A stretch of DNA of 63,888 nt, the filler included, from Collodictyon triciliatum (Eukaryota), in the NCBI GenBank assembly GCA_043381765.1. It is 6 parts of 6 records of this genome, joined end to end, with 100 filler letters (N's around TTAATTAATTAA, not from the genome) between each part and the next. Parts side by side here need not be neighbours in the genome. Positions count along the whole stretch, not along the records: positions 12,321 to 24,530 come from JBHJMP010002219.1; positions 24,631 to 36,824 come from JBHJMP010002220.1; 4 more parts are not named here. The stretch is one strand, 5' to 3'. Below are positions 16,601-29,790 of this stretch, piece after piece (within the stretch, counting starts at the first letter, position 1; each line of letters opens with the position of its first letter). The notes under the pieces were generated by a model. The model did not search any database and was not told where the DNA came from. It worked only from the letters and a program-made list of their open reading frames with translations. Position numbers and translations under genes: made by a program.

Positions 16601-19600
16601 TTTCATTTACAAGGTTATGTAGTCGAGCATTATGACATTTTATTAAAACAAAATTGTAATATTTTTACTATATCAATATTTCGTACTCGATGTCTTGCTC
16701 AACATAATCTAGTGTATTGTCCACAGCGTCCACTTCAAAGTTTCTCAAGTCATCTAAAGGGTCCTCATTGTATCCTTGCATCCATTCTAATATATCCAAG
16801 ATACTAGAATCCTGTTATGAGAAATTTTCTTTGTAAAAATAAAAAATTACTGTATATTATTATGGTATTCATAACATTTTTTAAAATTATTTAACTATTG
16901 TCTTTCCTGGAAGCCTGGTAAATTTAGACCAGATAATCTCATTAAATGTAAATAGGAAAAGAGAGGTACAGAATTTTGGGACAGTGCGTCCATATTGACA
17001 TCAGCCTCAATCATTTTTGATTGCGTAGGCGGTGGGCTATATTCTGGTATATGATAATAGGTTTAACCTTTCTGTACCATAAGAGAAAAAAAAGAAAAGA
17101 AAATCCACCACATATTATTGTAGAGTACCTTCTGATCCGCTGATTCGATTACTTCTTTCTCTACTTTTTGTACTTAACATTATCACTCTTTAATATAAAT
17201 GATACATATTATTTTTATTTCTTAAGTTAAGTTCCCGGTTGAAGGCCACATCGTTGAAAAAATAAACATGAGTGAAACTAGTAGCAATTACCCTGTGGAG
17301 AATAAGTCAAGCAAACTTGATGTATCAGCAGCATCAAATTGGCCTGAAGATTCGGTAGAGCTTTCTGCTTTGATTTATGATTTTTTTGAGTAACCTTTTC
17401 TTTTAATATATAACAAGAAATATTTCGTACAATATGTTAGCCTCTTCAAATTAAAAAAATTGTCGAAAGTGGTGTGATTGAATGTTGATACAATTATTAT
17501 CGTAGTGTTATTTCGATATTATATTCTTTTGAGACTAAGTAAGAACATATACCAATCTTTTCATCATGGTCTTGCAGAAGCTTATTCAGTATATTTGTAT
17601 GATGCTGCACTCGTCGAAATGGTGTTTTTTGAGGGCGGCAAGGACTTATTATAGGCGTCATTTGAGTGTTCTTAAATAATTTGCGCCTTCTTTCTTTCTC
17701 GTCCTTTTATTATTCAAATATGATAATCAATATACTAAATTATTATGAATAAAGCTGAATTGTTATCCCAATACCCTCAGGGTGAATGAAAAGAAAAACT
17801 ACCTCCCAAATGGTTGCAAGTGATTGAACCAACTTTGTATCATCTTGGTGTTGCAACGGGGAGCGACTGACATATGAACGATTCATTATATCTAAAAAAC
17901 AAATAGATAATTGATGTACTTCCGTGACACAAATAATATTTTTCCTAATCATAATTCGAAAGTAGTAATAGTAATGGTAATAGTCATAGTAATAGTCATA
18001 GTAATAGTCATAGTAATAGTCATTATTATTCTTATTAAACAGAGATAAATAAAAATACCAATGGAGCAAATGTCCACCTCTAGCTCACAGGAACTTAACC
18101 TCTCTATGAGAGTAGAATCTAAAATCTGTATTCGAATACTTGATTAGATGGTTAATATATTGGTGAAAATCGTATTCTATTACTTTAAACTTCATACACG
18201 CTCTATATCATTGTTTATTGTGCGATTGGGCTGGGTATGAGAATATTTTTGATAAAATTAGCCAAACCTTATCTTCAGGGACATTGGATTCTGACCAGAC
18301 TCTGTCCATCAAACTAGATCCGGAGGGAGATATTTCTAATGTGGTATTCCGTTTCTTTCAAAAAGCATAAAAAAAGAAAAGCTCGATGTGGTCAAGAATA
18401 GAAGACATGCTTGAATTTTATGTCCTCCAGTAATACCTTTACAGTTGTTAAATAGTATATTCATTGGGCTTTCTCTGTTCAAAGTGATAGGTAAACGGAA
18501 GCTACATTTTATATTCTTTAAGATTTTATTAACGATACCAATTTAACTTCTATATTGGCAGGGTTTATATGAACCTTCTGACTAACTTACGAGGCTTCAC
18601 TTGCGTTCATGAAGGACATTCCAAATAAATTTTGATCAACCATAAATTGGAGTAAATAAGGTATATGTGCCTTTTTTTTTTTGGAATAGTTAGTAAAAAG
18701 AGAAAAGAGAAAAGAGAAAAGAGAAGAGATAAAGTCATTCATAATTTAATCAGGACGTTTGTAGGTTGTGGTTTAGTTCGCCGTTATTTGTCTGTATTCT
18801 CTATTATAATCCTAGAATACCTCGTATACTTCATATACTGTGCCCATAACGACACCTTGTTGAAGTAGCAGTGATACTCTGCTGATGAATGATGGATTAT
18901 ATCTGATCGTTTATTTGTTAAATTTTGGATTATCTTGAAGCACAAGATTTCCAGTGATAACGAATTTGTGAGAGTAAAGTACGAAAGTTTGTTTGTTTGT
19001 TATTATATTAAGCTTGTTTGAAAAAACTACAGTAAATAACTACAAATATATTTTCACAAAGAGGCTCTCATTTTCGTGATATCCATATATCGATCTCGCC
19101 TTGACTATGGAAACCTTTTGCAAATTTTTATACATATTAAATTAATATACACTATTTTAGTACTTGCGATATAGCAAGAAAAAATATTGTAATCTTATTG
19201 GTTCAGATTCACATATGTTTGAAAATCTGTACGAAAAATTCAAAGTGAAAATATAGAAATGAATAAATATATATTTATTAATTATGCTCACACGATAGAC
19301 ATAGTGTCCTCTTTGATCTAGTCTTTTTCGTTTAACTATCGATGGCCGGCTATCTTCAACGGGCTGAGCTTTATCTTTTAGAGATGCATCGATAGCAACC
19401 TCGATACTCACAGCGAGTTTGTGAAGGAAACTTTCAACTTTTTTTTAAAAAAAAATAATAGAAAAGTACGTAAGGCGAACAGTTAAAATTGATTTCGTGG
19501 GAATATGTGTTTTATGCATAATACTTTCCAAACGATCAGGCTTCTTCAAATCGTTTCCATAAGGAATCAGCAAGTATGGAAAAACCTAGCAATCAGATAT

Positions 19601-20256
19601 TATCAACTTATGCTGAGAATCCACCCGTGTACCGATGTGAGTATGACCTCCATTCGTATGTATAAATAAAAAGAAAACAAGAAAACGATAAAAGAAAAAG
19701 AAAAAGAAAAGAAAAAGAAAAAGAAAAAGAAAAAGAAAAAGAAAAAGAAAAAGAAAAAGAAAAAGAAAAAGAAAACAGAAAATTCAAAATAGAAAATAGA
19801 AAATAGAAATTAATACATTGTGGACGTGACAACAACAAGACTGGCCTCCGGGGGTCGACCCAAATATCCGTATGATGGGCACCTGAGAGAATATGTGTAA
19901 GAATATTTTTTTTCATTTTTCATTTGCTGTTCTTTTTTTCTTTTTTTTTCTTTTGTTCTTTTGTTCACAAATTTGACATTGGTATTTAGGTATCTTGTGA
20001 TATGTGGTGATAATTTGTCCAAGATAAAGAAGCTAGGGTCTTAATATTTAGATTTTACTTGTTTAATGCTCGAGGAGTTCCAATGGCATATATCTGCATC
20101 TAATCCCTGCACAGGAGGAGCTAGATAGTAGTCGATGCTGACCAAGCGAACAGAAAAGAAGGCCTCTTCGACTTGCCTTCGAATTGATCCACTGGAGTCG
20201 GGAAGTCTTGAAGTTCTGGCGCTCTTTGCTGGAGTGAAGACCTCCCTGGTTTCCAT
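13647..20256 (-). CDS. REV3: DNA polymerase zeta catalytic subunit, 5' part (N-terminal and exonuclease-like domains), runs into an N gap
   Basis: [119 protein letters not shown]...[15 protein letters not shown]. Confidence 0.93.
15883..15987. repeat. (AAAAAC)n intronic microsatellite
   Basis: Direct reading. Confidence 0.92.
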
Positions 20257-21433
20257 AGAGCAACCTTGTAAGAAATGAAACAAGGCCAAGCCATTCCAGC
20301 GTAAGGAAGAAATGCAAGGAAAATGACATGTGGAGAAAAAAGAAAAAAGAAAAAGAAAGAAAAAGAACGTAGGAGAAAGAAAAAGAAAAAGAAAAGAACA
20401 TGGGAGAAAGAATAGAAAAAGGCTAGTAGCTCAATATGGCAAACAGCAGACATATTTGAGTAGATTGTGGGAGAAGGAAAAGAAACACGAGTAAGGGAAA
20501 CGCTTCGTCTACAAAACTGAGGCAGCATCCTTATTCTACTCCGCAAAGTGTTTATTTCGCCAAGACTTGCCACAAGGTTCAAAAAAGAGAATGGGATGCG
20601 GCGTTGGTGTTCAAACATGCCCTGGAATTAATTTACCTACAACTATACATCATTTTGGAGTAATATATGAATAATTTATATGTATCCGATTTGCTCAAAA
20701 TATAAAGGAGGAAAATTATAGTATTATAATATATTTTCCATAAATCTANNNNNNNNNNNNNNNNNNNNNNNNNNNNNNNNNNNNNNNNNNNNNNNNNNNN
20801 NNNNNNNNNNNNNNNNNNNNNNNNNNNNNNNNNNNNNNNNNNNNNNNNNNNNNNNNNNNNNNNNNNNNNNNNNNNNNNNNNNNNNNNNNNNNNNNNNNNN
20901 NNNNNNNNNNNNNNNNNNNNNNNNNNNNNNNNNNNNNNNNNNNNNNNNNNNNNNNNNNNNNNNNNNNNNNNNNNNNNNNNNNNNNNNNNNNNNNNNNNNN
21001 NNNNNNNNNNNNNNNNNNNNNNNNNNNNNNNNNNNNNNNNNNNNNNNNNNNNNNNNNNNNNNNNNNNNNNNNNNNNNNNNNNNNNNNNNNNNNNNNNNNN
21101 NNNNNNNNNNNNNNNNNNNNNNNNNNNNNNNNNNNNNNNNNNNNNNNNNNNNNNNNNNNNNNNNNNNNNNNNNNNNNNNNNNNNNNNNNNNNNNNNNNNN
21201 NNNNNNNNNNNNNNNNNNNNNNNNNNNNNNNNNNNNNNNNNNNNNNNNNNNNNNNNNNNNNNNNNNNNNNNNNNNNNNNNNNNNNNNNNNNNNNNNNNNN
21301 NNNNNNNNNNNNNNNNNNNNNNNNNNNNNNNNNNNNNNNNNNNNNNNNNNNNNNNNNNNNNNNNNNNNNNNNNNNNNNNNNNNNNNNNNNNNNNNNNNNN
21401 NNNNNNNNNNNNNNNNNNNNNNNNNNNNNNNNN

Positions 21434-22039
21434 GCCACAGCCACAGCCACAGCCACAGCCACGGCAGCTGGGCGAGGAAACAGCGGGGCGCGTCTTGCGT
21501 GGGAACGCAGCCAGCCACGCGTCGGCCCGCCCCGGGAACGCGGCGACGGACGGAGCTTCGACAGGGAGCGCTTCCGCGAGCGCGGGGCTGGAGGCCCGTT
21601 CCAGGGCATGGGGAGCCGCAGCCGCGTCGGACGCGGAGACGGGAGCAACAACTACAACAACAGCAACAGCAACGGCAGCAGCAGCACAAACCCGGAGCGG
21701 CGCAACAGGCTGCAGCGCTACGCGGCGGCGGTGCGGGAGGCCGACTCGGTGGTCTTCACCAGCAGCACGGCACTGGGCCCGCTGGGGCCGCCCACGCAGG
21801 AGGCGCTGAGCGAGGAGGCGTTCGGGGAGCTGCTTGGCGGGGCGCCGTGCGACTGGCCGGAGGGCGTGGACTCGCTGCCGGCCATTGCGCGCCGCCTGGA
21901 CGGGACGCCGCTGCAGGGCGCCCTCGACCGCACGTGGCGCGGCCTGCTGCACAACACAAGCCTCGCCCCCGCCCAGCGCGACCAGCTGCTCTCCACCCTG
22001 GCCGACCGCGTGCTTGCCATCCACAGGGAGCTGCAGTGA
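21434..22039 (+). CDS. 3' part of an unidentified GC-rich protein-coding gene
   Basis: Frame open from the gap edge to TGA 22037-22039 with strong G/C third positions; R/G-rich segment then helical tail LQGALDRTWRGLLHNTSLAPAQRDQLLSTLADRV. Confidence 0.6.
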   Translation, partial: ATATATATATAAGRGNSGARLAWERSQPRVGPPRERGDGRSFDRERFRERGAGGPFQGMGSRSRVGRGDGSNNYNNSNSNGSSSTNPERRNRLQRYAAAVREADSVVFTSSTALGPLGPPTQEALSEEAFGELLGGAPCDWPEGVDSLPAIARRLDGTPLQGALDRTWRGLLHNTSLAPAQRDQLLSTLADRVLAIHRELQ

Positions 22040-22095
22040 CCCCGTGCTGCATAAACACGGCGAGGAGTCTGGCGTGGAAGAGTATGCCCATGTCT

Positions 22096-22210
22096 TTGTT
22101 TTGTTTTGTTTCGTTTTGTTTTGTTTTGTTTTGTTTTGTTTTGTTTTGTTTTGTTTTGTTTTGTTTTGTTTTGTTTTGTTTTGTTTTGTTTTGTTTCGTT
22201 TTGTTTTGTT
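22096..22210. repeat. (TTTTG)n microsatellite between convergent genes
   Basis: Direct reading. Confidence 0.92.
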
Positions 22211-22292
22211 CTGTTTCTGCAGAATCATTTTGGCGGCTGGGCTCAAGTTCCCGTGAGCAAGGCGTTTGCTTGGGACACCATCGCACAGACCG

Positions 22293-23496
22293 TCACGGCC
22301 CGGCTCCGAAGCAGCTGATGGCGTGGTCTCCTCGGTGTGAAACAAAGAATCTCCCCGCATTGTCGAAGCAACACCCGAGTGGCTCGTAGATGGCGATGGC
22401 GTGCTCCAAGTCGCCGTTCTTTGTGTAGAACCATATTTTGTTGTCGCAGTTTGATGCCACGCAAAACCCCCCTGCGTGGGTCCTTGTCATGTAGTTCCAT
22501 TTAATGGTGGTGTGTACAGCTAGCACTTTGTCTAAGATGCCTTGCGAACTCAGGACATAAACATACGCGCCTCCTAACGCCAAAACGCATGGAGAATTAT
22601 CATCATTCACCATGATGGACCATGGTTGGTGCGTCGTGTTTGTTATCAACCCAAAAGGCACAGAGAAAAGCACATCTCCTCCCTTTGAAAACTTGAAAAT
22701 TGCACCCAGCGCCGCATCTGTCACATAAAAGTTATGGTCCATATCAAAAGCGATGCAACAAGGGCGGGCCAGTTGCAAAGCCTGCTTCGAAGGATTACAA
22801 ACAACGCCTCTAATCTCCCTCTCGACTTTATCCTCTTCATCTAGTAAGTAGAGCGCTGAACCTTCTCTATCAACAATGACCCCTACAGCACCATCTGATG
22901 AAAACCCAATGTCTGTGACAAGTTTGAATGGACTACCCCCTGCTTGTTCGATTGTTTTGATAAAATTAAAATCTCTGTCAATCACCTTGATATGATTTTC
23001 TCCTGAATTCGCTATATAAACATTCCCACTGACAGGGTGAACACACAAGCCCCAGGGATAACGGAAAGTCAAGCCGTTTTGGGTCTTTTGCCCTCGATTG
23101 GAAGTAGATCGGACAAACTGCAGGGTCTTTGGATTAGCGTCGATGTTGTGCCATCCAGCAGTAACATACTTTTGGTTGGACAATACATCTGGATAGAAGA
23201 AATCAGATTCTGTCATGTACGTAGGGATTCTCAAGTATATTGGATTTATCACTGACATCCTTTCCAATCGCGAGGTTAGGGACTCTTTTGTTGGAATTCC
23301 TGCAAAGAAATCATGCTTTACATTTTTAAAGATAGTGGTGATGAATCTCGTAGACATCGACCAAGATGTTAAGTATTTTGAGGATTTGTATGTCTTCCCT
23401 TGGGCAGCTATAAAGAGTAGTCGCTGTTCTAGCTCGAGTTTCGATTCCAATTTTTGCACCTCCTTTTTCTTGCTTGATATTACGCTATATAGCTGT

Positions 23497-23594
<98 letters not shown>

Positions 23595-24399
23595 TTTATT
23601 GCCTAACCTCATTTTATTCGTTCTTTCCTTCTTTATCTATTAATATATATTTATCATACTCCAAAATTTGTTTTCATTTTATAGGCATTATATCGTATTT
23701 TCTTCACTAAACTCTGATAGAAATTAATTGTGTATTGCAACGGGTGCTTAAGTGAAGGGTATGATGCAAGGTTATATTTTTCTGCATTTTTTTTTTTGTC
23801 TTCAAGCTGCATTGTATTTTTAATATCCAGGATAAGGGACTCATAACTTATTGTACCTGCTCCAGGATGATTATCTCAAAATCGTTCAGTGATTCTGTTA
23901 AGAAATTAAATCTCCCAGTAATCTCAGCATCTGCACTTTCAAGGCTGTTTTTTAACTGGGATTTAAGTAGTGCCCAGAATAAGACACATAAGTTAGCTGT
24001 GCGCTCTTGGGATATGGTGCGAAATATGCCAAGAGTTCCTTTCAAAAGAAAAGAACAAAAGAACAAAAGAACAAAAGAGAGAAAAGAAGAGAGAAAGAAG
24101 AGAGAAAGAAGAAGAGAAGAGAAAAAAAAAGAAAAGAGGAAAAAAAGAAAAAAAGAAAAAAAGAAAAAAAGAAAAAAAGGAAAAAAGGAAAAAAGGAAAA
24201 AAGGAAAAAAGAAAAAAAAAAAAAGAAAAAAAAAAAAAAAAAAAAAGAAAAAAAGAAAAAAAGGAAAAAAGGAAAAAAGGAAAAAAGAAAAAAGAAAAAA
24301 GAAAAGAAATTAAAGAAAACATACTTTGCCCTTCAATTGCCGAAGAGCAGCTAGCTCACCCAACACAAGCTGGCTGCTACATAGTTCTCCGTCCTCCAT
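22293..24399 (-). CDS. coiled-coil plus NHL-repeat beta-propeller protein, probably 3 exons
   Basis: MEDGEL...QLKGK|LKNSLESADAEI...ILEQ|LYSVISSKKKEVQKLE; NHL repeats FRYPWGLCVHPVSGNVYIANSGENHIKVID, LARPCCIAFDMDHNFYVTD, YEPLGCCFDNAGRFFVS. Confidence 0.85.
23499..23594. repeat. (AAT)n intronic microsatellite
   Basis: Direct reading; the poly-Ile in the ORF track is intronic. Confidence 0.92.
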
Positions 24400-24530
24400 T
24401 ATTGCTGGCTATAACGCTGTCGTTTAGTTGGCCACCAACGAATAACCTTGGCTGGAGCGATCGGTCAACGGTCTTCTCACCAAAAATATTTCTCAGCCTA
24501 AAAATGAAAAAAAAACAAAAAACAAAAAAA

Positions 24531-24630
24531 NNNNNNNNNNNNNNNNNNNNNNNNNNNNNNNNNNNNNNNNNNNNTTAATTAATTAANNNNNNNNNNNNNN
24601 NNNNNNNNNNNNNNNNNNNNNNNNNNNNNN
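24531..24630. other. artificial scaffold-joining spacer
   Basis: N44-TTAATTAATTAA-N44. Confidence 0.95.
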
Positions 24631-25444
24631 GTCATCCTTATGATTGGCAAGAAAAGAATTTCTAAAGTATTTGACTAAATTAAATTTCTAGAAATAAAAT
24701 ATCAATGCCTGGCAATGAGAAATACAACAACCAAGACATATAGACAGCTAGAATTGCACTCTAATCATATCGATAACAAAATACCTGTCTTTCGATTTAA
24801 GCTAACCTCAAAAAAATCACACAATAGAAGCAGTATGGCGATGCAGGAATCTGACGCAAACAAGGCCATGAGGAAGTGGGTAAGTATGTAAAATCAAAAA
24901 GTTCTTTCCCCAAAATTATAAAAAGCATGAAAATATATGAGTATCCTCATTTACCGGGATTAGGTACGTAATTATTTTGAAAATAATCATAGACATTAAA
25001 TACATATGCCTGTATTCGGATGTGCGAATAGTCTATGGGAAAATCTGAACAAAAAACAGCACATGGTATGGTGTACAACCTAGAATGTAAGCATCCGTGA
25101 GTCATGGGATATGTAAAGCTGTAAAAAAAAAAATCAACCACAGAGTATACAAAATCATTTTTAGATTAAAAAATTCAATTTTGCGATATTTATTAATGGT
25201 GTAATTGTTAGGAATACAAAAAACTGAACTTGAAAAATATTGGACAAACTGTTCATAATTTTTATTATCAATCTATGATGCTGTTCTACCGTCTTTATGT
25301 TGAAAGAGTTGTGGACTTACACAACCACCGGATGACTGTAACAAATTTGCTGCGATTTTCAGTATCAATACGATTAGACACAATATATAAATAACAGTAA
25401 GATATACATGAAAACAACAACTTGTGATAGATTTACATCACAAT

Positions 25445-26625
25445 AGGCTTATACTAGACATGCCTTACGGCGCGAATTTTCATACAAATGAGGCCCAGCT
25501 GCTTATTTATATTTCATAATCAAGCTTTTTCATGAAACCAAGTGCCATGACCCAAACCTGACCATCTAGATGGATGCTGACAAAAAATCTGGAAACATGC
25601 GCTGGTGATTCCATGTTGGAGCAGGCAAAAGCATTTTCTTTTCTTAACATTATACCAATTTCGTGATATTGACGTACTTCTTTAAAAAAATGCAAATGGG
25701 AAATGAAGGCTTCGTTTCGTTTAAAATTAAAAATAACTGTAAAAGAGTATGAAATTATTCGAGGCTCGTTAGTTATAAGGATATTCAAGTGGTATAGAAG
25801 CAAAAAAATATAAAAATTGAGTATGTTTAAAGTAACACTGGACAGCGGACAAACAAGTTTGAATAAAGATATCCTGATATATTAATAAGAAATAGATGCC
25901 ACTCTAGATACATAGAATTCAACCTAAATGAGTCTAGAGTATTTGTATCGCTTCCCAAAGAACGCTCTGAAAAAATAGAGTTATGCTGCAGATGTGGGAA
26001 AACTAAACATTGCTATCATGTCTGGATTGTGCTTGAAATGCCAAAAAGAAAGAAAAATTGTCTAAAAGTAAAACTTTTTTCCGCATCATCACTTAACTCA
26101 TCAAACACCAAACTAATTTTTTTCAAAGCACTCATTAATTAATGAAGAGCAAGCAAATTTTATCATTTGTTCATTTAAATCGACAGAGCAGATACCAAAA
26201 AAAGTAAGCAAGAGCCTCCAGTGGTTCACAAAATAATCAAAACCCCCAAATAGTATCTCTTGACCACCTGGTTAGTCTGTTTAAATCAACCTTGAAGCTG
26301 TGAGAAACCACACCGTCTAGCGCTTGTTGGTTGGGAATTGCAGAACATAAATAAACAATGAGTCCTAAAAATGTCATCATCAGATTGCCTTTTATTACAA
26401 GGGAACCAGGTGATGAAGAGGCGAGCAGAACAGTTTGTGCAAAATCCATCAAATTATTGTCTGTGTGTAGATATGCGTTTATCTCTCTGATGCTGGATAC
26501 TGTTTGAAACTTTTTTTAAATAAAATATGAACATGAATAAAGTTTTCACCTAATTTTCGAAATAAGCCAAACTTTGTGCCATGTAGCGACAACAGTCTTG
26601 ATTCTGGACGTTCTCCTGCCTGCCA
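25445..26625 (+). mobile_element. decayed Mutator-like (MULE) transposase with SWIM finger and possible ULP1-like protease remnant
   Basis: Collinear motifs despite stops and frameshifts: LILDMPYGAN (25448), MDADKK (25570), W*FHV (25603), QRTNKFE (25843), CRCGKTKHCYHVW (25987, SWIM CxC..CxH). Confidence 0.55.
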
Positions 26626-27590
26626 AAATGCAAACATCTATTTAATATTCAATATCGGCAACAAAAAATATCGAACTCTCAACAGATGACAAGCTCTCAC
26701 GTATTTCTGTGTGTGAAATGTGTTCTTCGTTGTGTTTTGCGGGAATAAGATCGACTATATTGCTCTGTAAATCATCTGGGTTATCTCAACTCATTTTTAT
26801 CCCGAAATCTTGGACACCTCATTTGCTTGTGTTCACTTCAACATCACGCCTTTCACAAACGTCGCTGTGTTCCAAAAAAAACTTTATCTCCCTTTATATA
26901 ACTAAAAGAAATGAAGTAAAAAGGAAAAAAACACAGCTCCTACGCGAATAAAATATATGCATCAAACAAGTATATGCCCAACGAACGAGCGTTGGCAAAC
27001 AGNNNNNNNNNNNNNNNNNNNNNNNNNNNNNNNNNNNNNNNNNNNNNNNNNNNNNNNNNNNNNNNNNNNNNNNNNNNNNNNNNNNNNNNNNNNNNNNNNN
27101 NNNNNNNNNNNNNNNNNNNNNNNNNNNNNNNNNNNNNNNNNNNNNNNNNNNNNNNNNNNNNNNNNNNNNNNNNNNNNNNNNNNNNNNNNNNNNNNNNNNN
27201 NNNNNNNNNNNNNNNNNNNNNNNNNNNNNNNNNNNNNNNNNNNNNNNNNNNNNNNNNNNNNNNNNNNNNNNNNNNNNNNNNNNNNNNNNNNNNNNNNNNN
27301 NNNNNNNNNNNNNNNNNNNNNNNNNNNNNNNNNNNNNNNNNNNNNNNNNNNNNNNNNNNNNNNNNNNNNNNNNNNNNNNNNNNNNNNNNNNNNNNNNNNN
27401 NNNNNNNNNNNNNNNNNNNNNNNNNNNNNNNNNNNNNNNNNNNNNNNNNNNNNNNNNNNNNNNNNNNNNNNNNNNNNNNNNNNNNNNNNNNNNNNNNNNN
27501 NNNNNNNNNNNNNNNNNNNNNNNNNNNNNNNNNNNNNNNNNNNNNNNNNNNNNNNNNNNNNNNNNNNNNNNNNNNNNNNNNNNNNNNNNN

Positions 27591-28110
27591 GTAGGGGTTG
27601 TCGAAGGGATTTCTCCCTCTTGCTTGCAAAACCTATGGCTATAAGCTTCCACTCCCTGGTGTCTCTCTCAACCAAGGTCAGGAGTTTTGGCTTTGTTACC
27701 GCAGGTCTTGCAAGTGNNNNNNNNNNNNNNNNNNNNNNNNNNNNNNNNNNNNNNNNNNNNNNNNNNNNNNNNNNNNNNNNNNNNNNNNNNNNNNNNNNNN
27801 NNNNNNNNNNNNNNNNNNNNNNNNNNNNNNNNNNNNNNNNNNNNNNNNNNNNNNNNNNNNNNNNNNNNNNNNNNNNNNNNNNNNNNNNNNNNNNNNNNNN
27901 NNNNNNNNNNNNNNNNNNNNNNNNNNNNNNNNNNNNNNNNNNNNNNNNNNNNNNNNNNNNNNNNNNNNNNCCTGAATGACTGAGGGAGCTGCCAAGGTCG
28001 ATATGTGTCTTAAAACCAAAATATATCGCAAATCCTCCGGGGCGAAGGGAAAGAAAGATTGTTTGAGGCACCCTTCAAGATGGGGAACGTTGGTCCCCCA
28101 ATGCGCTCAT
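27591..28110 (-). mobile_element. possible decayed non-LTR reverse transcriptase fragments between gaps
   Basis: GPTFPILKG...LRPGGFAIY weakly resembles the RT F.I.kG..QG.PLSP.LF segment; higher GC than flanks; flanked by N gaps. Confidence 0.2.
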
Positions 28111-28557
28111 AGGCAGAGCGCCGGGCCACACTGGGCGAATTAAGATCAAGAGGCGGAGGCGTAACCCTCCTCCACAGACACGTCTATGGCCTTTGTGTCG
28201 CCGTGTGGTATTTAGGCTGATCTTTGCTCAAGTACGACCGCGCGACGAGTGCTGAAATGATTGGTGAAGGATGTGACAAGCTCGCGAAATAAGAATAGTA
28301 AAATAGTAATGCGCATTTGAATCACTTTGAAGCTCAAATTTTACCCTTTTTTTTTCCAAGAATATTTGTCGTATTTAGAGAATAAATGTTTGAGGGAAAA
28401 AAAATGGATTTAAGTTCGGGTGCCCACTAGAGAAAAGCCACATTATATTCGATGCGCGTATAAAAAGCGGAAAATTTTGAATGAAAATATCACGCGCTGC
28501 CTCATAGCTGCGGAACCACAGACGAGTAGGTACGCGCCATAATTTTAACAAAGTAAA

Positions 28558-28656
28558 GAAACAAAGAAACAAAGAAACAAAGAAACAAAGAAACAAAGAA
28601 ACAAAGAAACAAAGAAACAAAGAAACAAAGAAACAAAGAAACAAAGAAACAAAGAA
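28558..28656. repeat. (GAAACAAA)n tandem repeat
   Basis: Direct reading. Confidence 0.92.
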
Positions 28657-28749
28657 ATGAATGGAAATATGACGCTTAGGCACTTCCAAAAGGAAAATTT
28701 ACTAGCAACTAATGTTTTTTTTACCACTTTTAATTGAACAGTGAATAAG

Positions 28750-29187
28750 ATGGGGAAAGTTGTGTGTCCTTACTGCACTAAGGAGTTGTCATCAAAAAGA
28801 AACCAGCTCTTGCACCTTAATATATGCAAGCTTAATCCCAATCGTCACCGAACTGTTTTCCATTGCCCTATATGCCCCACATGGAGAGGATTTACCGAAC
28901 AGGCCCGCACAGAGCATTTTAAATCAAAACAACATAACGGAACTAAAATATATTCTACAATATCGAAGCATACTACGCTTAAAAAACGTTATGACTCAAA
29001 AAATCCCACTCCATCCTTACCTATACAAGGCGACTCACCAATACCCAAAGTCCCTTATATCCCCAGACCTTTCAATTACTTCGATATTGTGCTTGCTTCT
29101 CCCATATCTTCAAGCGATGGAGCTGAAGATAATTCTAAAATAACGGAAACGGTCACAGTCACAGCAAGTATGATCACAAATACATAA
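28750..29187 (+). CDS. intronless ORF with two C2H2/C2HC-type zinc fingers (possibly transposon-derived)
   Basis: CPYCTKELSSKRNQLLHLNIC and CPICPTWRGFTEQARTEHFKSKQH. Confidence 0.6.
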   Translation: MGKVVCPYCTKELSSKRNQLLHLNICKLNPNRHRTVFHCPICPTWRGFTEQARTEHFKSKQHNGTKIYSTISKHTTLKKRYDSKNPTPSLPIQGDSPIPKVPYIPRPFNYFDIVLASPISSSDGAEDNSKITETVTVTASMITNT

Positions 29188-29479
29188 TGCATGAATGGTT
29201 GAATGTATTAGATGGTTGATATTTGAATCAAGGTTTCTTCATCATGCACATTAAGTTCTACTTCAACTAATAAAGAAGATGAAATCATCATGACAACTAG
29301 AGGTGAATAAAAGAATGATAAAATTTATTTTAAGATTTTTTTGAATTGTCTGATAAACACATTTAAAAGTATCAAGAAAACGAGTCGTTGGACCGAAAAC
29401 ATAGGCATTATAGACCCGCCGATAGTCAAAATCAAGAAGCAAGCCCGTATACCTCAGTTGCTCCCGAAACACCGCGCCC

Positions 29480-29790
29480 TGCTTCTCAATATCTCCAACA
29501 GAGAGCTGCGAATAGGTGCGCGTGTAGTTCATATAGCAACGACATCTCCAGAATGCACCATGTACCATAGTGGAGATGACTCTATCGAACACACATTTGT
29601 GAAGTGCTCTATTGCTCAAAAAGTGACAGAGTCTACCCACAATATGCTCTCTGAGCTTGATTATGCTCCCAACCGACTCAGCGCGTCTGATATCCTGTTT
29701 GGCGCACAATACCAAATGACCCACGACTCTAGAATACTCTGGACAGTCGAGGGTACATCTGTTGTGGTATTTATGAAGTGCGCAAGCTTT
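29480..29790 (+). mobile_element. L1/Tx1-type non-LTR retrotransposon fragment (zf-RVT region), copy 1
   Basis: SPECTMYHSGDDSIEHTFVKCSIAQKV matches the C..C...E..H.F..C zinc-binding motif; highly similar to the inverted copy at ~35560-35865. Confidence 0.75.

Noticed and set aside
17960-18025. (GTAATAGTCATA)n array and other short repeats as possible CRISPR or telomeric repeats
   Set aside because: Head-to-tail repeats without spacers, inside an intron; no TTAGGG-like arrays are present.
20633-28071. Long ORFs containing X runs
   Set aside because: They read through N gaps.
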